55,235 bases of DNA from an uncultured Candidatus Saccharibacteria bacterium (lineage in GTDB: Bacteria > Patescibacteriota > Saccharimonadia > CAILAD01 > CAZGYV01): contig CAZGYV010000004.1 in the NCBI GenBank assembly GCA_964530725.1, forward strand, positions 1 through 55,235. The letters run 5' to 3'. Below, one piece after another: positions 38,451 through 46,317 of the stretch. The notes under the pieces were generated by a model. The model was given only the letters and a program-made list of their open reading frames with translations. It was not told the origin of the DNA and made no database searches. The stretch's first letter is position 1. Each line of letters begins with the position of its first letter. Position numbers and translations under genes: made by a program.

Positions 38451-38505
38451 TCTCGTCGATCTACGGCCTCCTCGAACGGCACGGGACTCTCGAATTATAC
38501 CGTCA

Positions 38506-39786
38506 TTAGTACGGGCTGTGGGCCGGTGTATGCGAGCTGGCAGGATCTTTGCCGGAATCACCCAGTGGCTTGATTATATCCGGCTGCTTATCACCCTCGA
38601 CTTCAAGAATGGCCCACGCGCCTTTGTTCATGCGCGCTAAGGCGTGATCGACCAGGGTGTATTTGCCGGGTGCGTCGAGCCTGAACTCGACGATGGTCGC
38701 CCCGCCGGCTGGCACGATCGTCGACTGGACATTTTTGAATACCGCCGAGCCGGGGCCCATGGCCGCCTCTGGATAAACGGTGTCGAATATTTCGCCAATG
38801 ACGTGGAAGCTGGAGATGAGATTGACCCCGCCATTGCCGACATACATGCGCACCCTATCCCCCACTTTGGCCTTCATGCGCGGCGTGGTTTCGATTCGAC
38901 CATTAAACGTCACATAAGTCGGATTGCCGTCCAAAAGCGCCTGCGGATCAAAAGCCAGCAGACCCTTTTTGCCAATACCACCGCTTGTGTAGAGCTCGCC
39001 CTGGACGATGTAGAATTCTTTGTCGACTTTGGCCATGCCCTCTTTGGGCTCGACCAAGATCAGGCCGTACTGGCCGTGCGAATTGTGCACTGAGACATTT
39101 GACGTGGCGCAGTGATAGATGTAGAGCCCCGGCGCGAGCGCTTTCCACGCAAAGCCCTTGGTCTCGCCAGGTGCGACGTTGGTCAACACCGCCCCGCCGC
39201 CCGGTCCGGTGACCGAGTGGAGATCGATGTTGTGGCTATGCAGGCTAGATTTGTCATTGGTGATCGTCGCCTCGACCATGTCCCCTTCGCGCACCCGCAG
39301 CATTGGTCCGGGCACTTGATCGTTAAACGTCCAGTAATTGTTATAAATGCCCTTGGCCACCTCGGCGATGACTTCTTTGGTAGTAAATGAAATCTTCACC
39401 GTCTCAGGCGTTTTGCGGGTGATCGGAGCGGGCACGGCATTGGGATCAGCGCCGATATCATCAATGCGCTCGAATTTCTTAGACTGGGTCAGAAAATCCC
39501 ATAGATTAACCAGCGGTAGTGAGGGCGGATTTTGATCGGAAGCGGCCGAGTGCATAGTCGGCGGCATGGCAAAATGCAACGGATACGGGAAGCGGCCATA
39601 GATGACTAGACCAGCCGCCACAAGCAGCAGTACGACCAGCCCGACACCCAGGAAAGCCTTTTTGCCGGTAAATAATTTTTTCCGCACCCAGCGCCAGGCG
39701 CCCAGCCGAAAGAGTATCAATACCGCCGCGCCGGCTAGCAAAGCCCAGCCGATTATTTCCAATATTAAATATTTGTACATACCCAC
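38506..39786 (-). CDS. nirK: copper-containing nitrite reductase (NirK-like) with an N-terminal membrane anchor
   Basis: 426 aa. HSHNIDLHSVTGPGGGA, YIYHCATSNVSVHNSHGQYGLILVEP and SSFHVIGEIFD align by eye with the canonical NirK HNIDFH / YHCAP..H....M / FHVIG motifs. Two TM helices in the first ~70 aa. Confidence 0.8.
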   Translation of the reverse strand: MGMYKYLILEIIGWALLAGAAVLILFRLGAWRWVRKKLFTGKKAFLGVGLVVLLLVAAGLVIYGRFPYPLHFAMPPTMHSAASDQNPPSLPLVNLWDFLTQSKKFERIDDIGADPNAVPAPITRKTPETVKISFTTKEVIAEVAKGIYNNYWTFNDQVPGPMLRVREGDMVEATITNDKSSLHSHNIDLHSVTGPGGGAVLTNVAPGETKGFAWKALAPGLYIYHCATSNVSVHNSHGQYGLILVEPKEGMAKVDKEFYIVQGELYTSGGIGKKGLLAFDPQALLDGNPTYVTFNGRIETTPRMKAKVGDRVRMYVGNGGVNLISSFHVIGEIFDTVYPEAAMGPGSAVFKNVQSTIVPAGGATIVEFRLDAPGKYTLVDHALARMNKGAWAILEVEGDKQPDIIKPLGDSGKDPASSHTPAHSPY

Positions 39787-39915
39787 TCCCTGAATAATAA
39801 AATGCTTATGTATTTATTATAGCACTTGGCCCAAAACTTTATTTAATCCTTTTCTTTTGATCACAAATCTGATATATATAAGTCGGCACTTTGAGCCCAC
39901 AACAAAAGGAGCAGG

Positions 39916-40272
39916 ATGAATGTGCGTGTGACCTGTCCGGACTGTGGCGACCTAATAATCAATGCCCGTGACATGCTTGTGACCACCAACACTGACACCG
40001 GGCAAGCCAGTGTTAGCTTCAAGTGCAATCAATGTGGTTGCCGCTCAACCCGCGAGATCGCAGAAAAGATACTGCGAAATCTAATCAAGGCGGGTACGCC
40101 TTCTCGTACCTGGCACTGGCCGGCAGAACTGTCAGAACCGCGACCAGAGGGCAAGCCACTCAACCGAGCTGATCTCATCGACTTCCACCAAGCACTGTTA
40201 AGCGAGAGGTGGGTCGAGGCAAGTATGCGTGAATGTCGCGCCACTGCTAAGAAGTTCGAAACCAAACAATGA
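39916..40272 (+). CDS. hypothetical zinc-ribbon protein (118 aa)
   Basis: CPDCGD...CNQCGC four-Cys ribbon, AAGGAG Shine-Dalgarno, own terminator. Confidence 0.55.
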   Translation: MNVRVTCPDCGDLIINARDMLVTTNTDTGQASVSFKCNQCGCRSTREIAEKILRNLIKAGTPSRTWHWPAELSEPRPEGKPLNRADLIDFHQALLSERWVEASMRECRATAKKFETKQ

Positions 40273-40299
40273 CTGCGGGCTTACCGCGGTCACGTCTTA

Positions 40300-40333
40300 A
40301 AGGGCCTGGGGAAATCCAGGCCCTTGCCTTTTA
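40300..40333 (+). terminator. rho-independent terminator
   Basis: aagggcctgg / ccaggccctt 10-bp stem with a 6-nt loop, followed by gccTTTTa. Confidence 0.65.
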
Positions 40334-40363
40334 TGTAGTTGCCACAAAAAATAGTAAACTCGA

Positions 40364-41362
40364 CTAGCCAAATATAATCATAAAGGTCGAGCCTTTATTG
40401 ACCGTGCTCTTAACTTGCAATTGCGCCTTGTGCAGCTTGGCGATTTTTTGCGCGATCGACAAACCCAAACCGTGCCCATCAATATCATTTTTCGAACGCG
40501 ACCTATCGGAGCGGTAAAAACGCTCAAAAATATGTGCCCGATCAGCCTCTGCAATCCCAACACCCTCATCACGCACCGATATGACAACTTTGCGCGCGTT
40601 AGTACCAGCATGGATAAAAACTTTTCCGCCCGGCGGCGAGTATTTTATGGCATTATCAAGCAAAATCACTACTAGCTCCACCAGGCTAACTAAATTACCC
40701 GTCACAACATGTGAGCGCTTGGAAGTATTAGTCAGCTCTACTCCCTTGTGCTTAGCAACGGCAGCCACCTGACTGAGCGCTCGTGCTAAAATCTGGTCCG
40801 TTTGTACCGACTCCAATGGCAGCTCACCATCGATTCGGGCAAGTTTGAGTAAGCCGTCAGACAGGGCGGTCAACTTACTCAGTTCCTCCAGGTTGCTTTT
40901 CAATAAATCGAGAGCCTGCGCCCGACTAAGCTTGGGGTCACGCAAAGCCACCTCAATCTCGGTTTGCATAGCAGCGATTGGTGTACGCAGCTCATGGCTA
41001 GCATCGGCGCTAAAACGCGACTGAGCATCGTGAGCTTCTTCGATCGGTTGTAAAGTTTTGCGAGCCAGCAGATAGCTAGCAAGACCGCCAATAACTAAAA
41101 TCACTATATTGGTGTTAATCAGGTTAAAAACAATATGCGCTCTGGCCTCAGACAATTGCTGCTCGCGCATTTTGATAGTCTGCGGGTCGTGCATGATACC
41201 GCGAAAACGTGGCGTGTTATCGAGCAAGGCAATCTGACCCATCATGGTATTGGTAATTTCACTATTAGCCGCCCGATAAATATTGAGGCTAAAAAACAGG
41301 CTAATAACCATGATGATTACCAAGTATATGCCAGTCAACTTTAAAGTGGCCGAAGTAAACAT
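40364..41362 (-). CDS. sensor histidine kinase
   Basis: 332 aa. Two TM helices, H-box FSADASHELRTPI, and a HATPase region with DNAIKYS, DEGVGI, GHGLGLSI. Confidence 0.88.
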   Translation of the reverse strand: MFTSATLKLTGIYLVIIMVISLFFSLNIYRAANSEITNTMMGQIALLDNTPRFRGIMHDPQTIKMREQQLSEARAHIVFNLINTNIVILVIGGLASYLLARKTLQPIEEAHDAQSRFSADASHELRTPIAAMQTEIEVALRDPKLSRAQALDLLKSNLEELSKLTALSDGLLKLARIDGELPLESVQTDQILARALSQVAAVAKHKGVELTNTSKRSHVVTGNLVSLVELVVILLDNAIKYSPPGGKVFIHAGTNARKVVISVRDEGVGIAEADRAHIFERFYRSDRSRSKNDIDGHGLGLSIAQKIAKLHKAQLQVKSTVNKGSTFMIIFG

Positions 41363-41365
41363 AAT

Positions 41366-42043
41366 CTATTTTGTTCCAAATTTATAGCCAAAACCACGCT
41401 GGGTGCGAATGAGCGCCGGACCTTCGAATGGTTTGTCTATTTTGCCGCGTAAGTAGCCGATGTAGACCTCGACCGTATTGGGCAATATATCGGCGTCATA
41501 ATCCCAGACATGGGCGATAATATTTTCTTTTGTTAAAATCCGATCGGGATTGCGCATCATGTACTCGAGTAGCGCGAATTCTTTGCTGGTCAAATTGACT
41601 AATCGACCGGACCGCTTAACGGTAAAATTCACCGGGTCGAGCACAAGATCGGCGTATTGCAGTTCGCTTCCTTGGCTCTCCGGCGCGCGGCGCAAGAGAG
41701 CCCGGATACGTGCCAACAGCTCGGTAAAGGCGAATGGCTTGACTAAGTAATCATCAGCCCCCATATTAAGCCCCTCCACGCGATCGACAATCTGATCTTT
41801 GGCCGTCAGAAAAAGTACCGGCGTGTGAATGTTCGCTAGGCGCATCCGCTTCAAAATACCAACCCCATTCACTTCGCCGGGCAGCATGCGGTCAAGCACC
41901 ACCACGTCATATTCTTCATCTAGCGCCATAGCCAGCCCCTCATCTCCATCATAAGCCACGTCAACGGCGAATTTTTCCTGGACAAGACCCTTCTTGATGG
42001 CATTAGCGATCTTGTGCTCATCCTCCACGACTAAGATTCTCAT
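41366..42043 (-). CDS. OmpR-family response regulator
   Basis: 225 aa. Receiver domain (MRILVVEDE..., VVLDRMLPG, KPF) and winged-helix domain (LTSKEFALLEYMM, RGFGYKF). Confidence 0.9.
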   Translation of the reverse strand: MRILVVEDEHKIANAIKKGLVQEKFAVDVAYDGDEGLAMALDEEYDVVVLDRMLPGEVNGVGILKRMRLANIHTPVLFLTAKDQIVDRVEGLNMGADDYLVKPFAFTELLARIRALLRRAPESQGSELQYADLVLDPVNFTVKRSGRLVNLTSKEFALLEYMMRNPDRILTKENIIAHVWDYDADILPNTVEVYIGYLRGKIDKPFEGPALIRTQRGFGYKFGTK

Positions 42044-42086
42044 AACTTAAAATATACACTATTTAGGCTGATAAATAGCTTAAAAA

Positions 42087-42902
42087 TCAAACCGATATAT
42101 CGCGCCGACTGAATGCAACTGCCCCAACAACAGCCGATGCGATAGCCAGCCCACCCAATACCGCCATCGAGACCATATCTAGCTCGCCCTTGACCAACGC
42201 GTCGCTAGGTACGTAGTAATTAAAAATCGAAGCGTATTTGAGCTTTTCAGCCGACTCGACCAGGCCAGAGACTACATTGATCACGTACATCGCCAAAAGT
42301 CCGCCGCCAATCACAAAGTAAACTGTACTGCGCTCACTGACGAAACTCGCTACCATAAACCCGACCGATACGATGGCCCAGCCGAACAAAAAGCTCAAAA
42401 AACCCACCCGCCAGAAATTAGCCGCGTTAAAATCTACGTCAGTAATCTGGGCAATCGGAAAAACCACCAAGATCGAGGCAACGCAAAACAGCAGCAATAT
42501 AACCAATCCGGCCGTGTACTTCGACCAATACAACTTCAGTCGAGTCAGCGGCAACGATAATAGTACGGCCATCGTGCCCTTCTCGATCTCGCCGGCAATA
42601 GTTGAGCCAGCGTAAGACAGCATCAAAAGTATCACCATGATTGGCCAAACAAAACTAAAATGTTCAGCCGCGATGTAGCCCTCGAGAGTGCTAATCTGCA
42701 GCTCCTCGATATTAAAAGCCTCGAGCAAGGCCTTAGGGTAAGCCTCTAAAAGTTCGTTGAATTTAGCCGATTCCTTCTGAAAACTTGGAAAGATGCCAAT
42801 ATACATCCAGACAAAAGCCGCTGCTATTACACAGTAAGCCAAGATCGACCAGCGTTTGATGCGTAGCTCTTTGCGAATGGCCGCTAAATACTGCTGGTTC
42901 AT
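42087..42902 (-). CDS. ABC-2-type exporter permease
   Basis: 271 aa, 6 TM helices. 4-nt overlap with the ATPase gene. Confidence 0.7.
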   Translation of the reverse strand: MNQQYLAAIRKELRIKRWSILAYCVIAAAFVWMYIGIFPSFQKESAKFNELLEAYPKALLEAFNIEELQISTLEGYIAAEHFSFVWPIMVILLMLSYAGSTIAGEIEKGTMAVLLSLPLTRLKLYWSKYTAGLVILLLFCVASILVVFPIAQITDVDFNAANFWRVGFLSFLFGWAIVSVGFMVASFVSERSTVYFVIGGGLLAMYVINVVSGLVESAEKLKYASIFNYYVPSDALVKGELDMVSMAVLGGLAIASAVVGAVAFSRRDISV

Positions 42903-43774
42903 TGGTAGAACCTCATAAATACGTCCTCCAAACTAGCGTGACTAATATCTATGTCACGTATCGGATGGCGCAGCAGACGCGTGAGCAGAACGTTCAAGTC
43001 GCCATGGACATGCAATTCCAACTCCTTCTTAGAGCTGCTTTTGATGTCAACTTTGTCAATTTGGTAGTCACGGATATTATAAGTGGTCGCGAAAACAACT
43101 TTGACAATATGCATTTGCATACCACGTACACTTTGCATGCTTTCACTGGCAACAATCTTACCTTCACGAATTATTCCCACCCGATCGCAAATCTGCTCCA
43201 CTTCGGCCAAATTGTGCGACGACATAAAAACAGTCTTACCCTCACGACGTAATTCGCGTAGAATCGAGTAAATTTCTTGCTGTAAGATTGGGTCAAGGCC
43301 GCGCGTTGGCTCGTCAAGGACCAAAAGATCAGGCTCGTGCATCAGCGCCAACACCAGGGCGAGCTTCTGCTTGTTGCCAGAAGACAAATGGCGAACCTTG
43401 GGCCGCAAGTCCAGATCAAATCGACTGACTAATTGATCGGCCACGCCGCGACTGCCGTGCATCGTCGCGATGAACTTAATGTGCGCATTGCCACTCCAAT
43501 TGCCATACAGCACACTATCGGCCGAGAGAAAACCGATCTTATTTTTGTAGTTAATATCAAGTCGGTCAAGCGGCTTACCGAATAATTTCACCGCCCCGCC
43601 AGTGGGCCGTATAAAATCCATCAGGCAGCGAATCGTAGTTGTCTTACCGGCCCCGTTTGGCCCCAGAAATCCGAAAATCTGACCTTTTTCAACCACCATC
43701 GAGACATTATCGAGTGCCAATTTGCTACCAAATTGTTTGGAAACTTTTTTTAGCTCGATGATCGCGGCTGCCAT
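42899..43774 (-). CDS. ABC transporter ATP-binding protein
   Basis: Walker A GPNGAGKTT, signature LSSGNKQK, Walker B LLVLDEPT. Confidence 0.9.
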   Translation of the reverse strand: MAAAIIELKKVSKQFGSKLALDNVSMVVEKGQIFGFLGPNGAGKTTTIRCLMDFIRPTGGAVKLFGKPLDRLDINYKNKIGFLSADSVLYGNWSGNAHIKFIATMHGSRGVADQLVSRFDLDLRPKVRHLSSGNKQKLALVLALMHEPDLLVLDEPTRGLDPILQQEIYSILRELRREGKTVFMSSHNLAEVEQICDRVGIIREGKIVASESMQSVRGMQMHIVKVVFATTYNIRDYQIDKVDIKSSSKKELELHVHGDLNVLLTRLLRHPIRDIDISHASLEDVFMRFYQ

Positions 43775-43844
43775 ACTATCTCAATGATAGTCCCCCGCGC
43801 TAACTATCACAAGTGCCAACTGCGACCCGGTGCAACTAGATAAT

Positions 43845-44213
43845 TTAGTCTTCCCAAGGACTCATCAGCTGCAAATAATTCCCATCCGGATCGGCCAGGG
43901 TCGCCAGCCAAGTCTTGGCATCATTGGCCATCTCCGGCTGATACGGCTTGGCCACGACCACCGCTCCGGCGGACACAAGCCGCTCAAATTCAGCCTTAAC
44001 GTCGTCAGCCGCAAAGCTAATCATCATCCGCTGCGGCTGCGCACTTTGGCCGCTGACCTCCGAGTGCGGACCGATCACGATATTAAATTCTTTCTCGCCA
44101 AAGCCGTACCAATCGCCATCATGCCAGCCTGGCTCACCCAATATTTTTGTATAAAACTCGGCCAATTTTTTCGAATCAGCCGTCCCTAGTATTACACCGC
44201 TTAATTTCATCAC
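43845..44213 (-). CDS. VOC/glyoxalase-family protein
   Basis: 122 aa. A beta-alpha-beta-beta-beta style sequence ending LADPDGNYLQL. Confidence 0.7.
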   Translation of the reverse strand: MMKLSGVILGTADSKKLAEFYTKILGEPGWHDGDWYGFGEKEFNIVIGPHSEVSGQSAQPQRMMISFAADDVKAEFERLVSAGAVVVAKPYQPEMANDAKTWLATLADPDGNYLQLMSPWED

Positions 44214-44291
44214 CCGCTCCTTTCACTTAATTTAAATAAGGGCAATAGTAGTCTTTTTTGCTTGTTCCTCGCCGCGCCCGCTAACAAAATC

Positions 44292-44795
44292 TTAAGCTAC
44301 TTGCGCCAGGCCGATGACGTAATTTTTACCATAATGCTTGGCGCACTTCGGGCAGGTGGTGTAGAAAAAGTAGGTTTGCTGGCTAGTTTTACCTTGAGAT
44401 TTGACGTAATCAAGCAGGCTCTGATGCCACTGCTTGGCGTTAGCAAACGGTCCTTCAAAAACTTTGCTCAAGTATTCGCCACTCAGCTCGACATTGTCCG
44501 CGCCCTCGACCGGCTTACTGACGGCGTACAGCTGCTCGGCTTTCCAGGGTGAAATCTCGCAGCTCAATATCATGACCTCTTGCGGCGGCATCTGGGCGCC
44601 GGCTGCCTCGGCCGCCTTTTGCAGCTGCGTCATGACACTGCTCATATTCAGCGGAATATGCATCAGACTACGAGTATAGAGCCGAATAAAGCGTTTATCC
44701 TCGAATTTGACCGCCGTTTCGTCCCAATTTTTGGTGTCCGGTACGGCGCAGCAACCAGTTTCGTTTCTGTCCGTATAAGTGGCAGGTAGGCTCAT
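44292..44795 (-). CDS. conserved hypothetical protein with a C-terminal CPKC motif
   Basis: 167-aa ORF. N-terminal GCC and C-terminal FFYTTCPKCAKHYGKNYV. No family name recalled. Confidence 0.6.
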   Translation of the reverse strand: MSLPATYTDRNETGCCAVPDTKNWDETAVKFEDKRFIRLYTRSLMHIPLNMSSVMTQLQKAAEAAGAQMPPQEVMILSCEISPWKAEQLYAVSKPVEGADNVELSGEYLSKVFEGPFANAKQWHQSLLDYVKSQGKTSQQTYFFYTTCPKCAKHYGKNYVIGLAQVA

Positions 44796-44900
44796 TATAC
44801 TTACTCCTTCTTATACTTCTATTATACTCCCCTCTGTAAAGAGCCGCTTGCAAACCCTAGCTTCACCGCGGACGGCTGAAGTTAAAATTTTCAAGACAAA

Positions 44901-44937
44901 CTAAAAAACGAGGTGCTTATATAAACTACCTCGTTTT
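44901..44937 (-). terminator. rho-independent terminator of the small membrane ORF
   Basis: aaaacgaggt / acctcgtttt 10-bp stem with a 13-nt loop. There is a T-run on the minus strand (rc of ctaaaaaa). Confidence 0.65.
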
Positions 44938-44950
44938 CTAGAGCCAGGAT

Positions 44951-45112
44951 CTAGAAAACCTGGGCGAGAATCCAGATTACCACCGCGACGCTGAGCAAGA
45001 AAATACTCAAGCCGACCGGCGAGCCCCAGCTAAACCACGAGCCCCACGAACGCCAGTGTTTTTGCGACCGTTCGTACCAGTCGAGCTGTTCTTCTGATGT
45101 CATTTTTGCCAT
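44951..45112 (-). CDS. hypothetical small membrane protein (53 aa)
   Basis: Hand-found. Translation is MAKMTSEEQLDWYERSQKHWRSWGSWFSWGSPVGLSIFLLSVAVVIWILAQVF, a Trp-rich head plus one TM helix. A terminator follows immediately. Confidence 0.45.
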   Translation of the reverse strand: MAKMTSEEQLDWYERSQKHWRSWGSWFSWGSPVGLSIFLLSVAVVIWILAQVF

Positions 45113-45348
45113 AGCATGACTCCTTCATTAGTTGATGTGAGTCTCTATAGTATGTTGGCCAGCTGGTAGTTGTTCTATGGAGTTAGGCTACCGTGATCGC
45201 TGGACTTAATAACTATCGTTATTATAGCAAAATAGCAGCTAAAAATCCTTGCAAGTTTTATCGCTCCGGCGGGCGATTGAACCACTATCACTGATGGTGA
45301 AGTTAAAATTTTTACACAAATTCGGCTACCATGTAGTATTATTGAGTA

Positions 45349-46317
45349 ATGTCAAAAGATAAAAATACTGTCATCGATGTCAAAGGCCTCAAAAAATCCT
45401 ACGGTAAGACCGAGGTCCTGCGCGGCATCAGCTTTCAGGTGAAGCGCGGCACCATGCTGGCACTGCTTGGACCTAACGGCGCCGGCAAAACCACCACCGT
45501 TCGCATCCTAAGTACGCTACTGAAATTCGATAAGGGTACGGTAACGATTGAGAATCATGACGTTAAAACCGAAGCTGACAAAATCCGCAAAATTATCGGC
45601 TTAACCGGCCAGTCCGCCGCTGTCGACGAGCTGCTAACTGGCCGAGAAAATTTAATTATGATGGGGCAGCTATATCGTCTGACCCGTAAAAGTGCCAAGG
45701 AGCGGGCTCAAGAACTACTAGAAGATTTCGATCTCGTCCAAGCCGCCGACCGAACGGCCAAAACGTATTCTGGCGGTATGCGTCGACGACTGGATCTGGC
45801 AGTTAGCCTAATCGCCGCGCCACCGATTATTTTCTTAGACGAGCCGACAACCGGCCTTGACCCGCGGTCGCGACTAGCGATGTGGGATATTATTCGACGG
45901 CTATTGGACGTTGGCACGACCATTTTATTAACGACTCAATATTTAGAAGAAGCTGACCAGCTAGCCGATCAAATCGTGCTGATCGACGGCGGCAAGGTAA
46001 TCGCTGATGGCACCGCCAAAGAGCTCAAAAGCAAGCTTGGCCAAGATAGGCTTGAAATAACATTTGGCGACACGGCGGCACTGAGTAGAGCCAAAGAGTT
46101 GCTAAGTAAACGCGTCATTAGTACCGATGAAAAAGAAAACTCAGTTCAAATCATCATTCGAAACACTAATAAAGACGTTAAAGATGTACTTAATACCCTG
46201 GGTGAGCACAAAATCCATCTTGAATCGCTGGCCGTTCATAAGCCGACGCTTGACGATGTGTTTTTATCACTAACCGGCAAACATTCTGGCACAACCAACG
46301 AGGAGACTAAAAAATAA
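45349..46317 (+). CDS. ABC transporter ATP-binding protein (DrrA-like)
   Basis: Walker A GPNGAGKTT, signature YSGGMRRR, Walker B IIFLDEPT. Confidence 0.9.
   Translation: MSKDKNTVIDVKGLKKSYGKTEVLRGISFQVKRGTMLALLGPNGAGKTTTVRILSTLLKFDKGTVTIENHDVKTEADKIRKIIGLTGQSAAVDELLTGRENLIMMGQLYRLTRKSAKERAQELLEDFDLVQAADRTAKTYSGGMRRRLDLAVSLIAAPPIIFLDEPTTGLDPRSRLAMWDIIRRLLDVGTTILLTTQYLEEADQLADQIVLIDGGKVIADGTAKELKSKLGQDRLEITFGDTAALSRAKELLSKRVISTDEKENSVQIIIRNTNKDVKDVLNTLGEHKIHLESLAVHKPTLDDVFLSLTGKHSGTTNEETKK

Noticed and set aside
37776-38505. Replication-origin idea for the hairpin-rich island, based on TTAT-containing strings such as TTATCGTCG, TTATCGTTC and TTATTCCGA
   Set aside because: None matches the DnaA box TTATCCACA in its CACA half. 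There is no dnaA or dnaN nearby, and no clear AT-rich 13-mer unwinding element.
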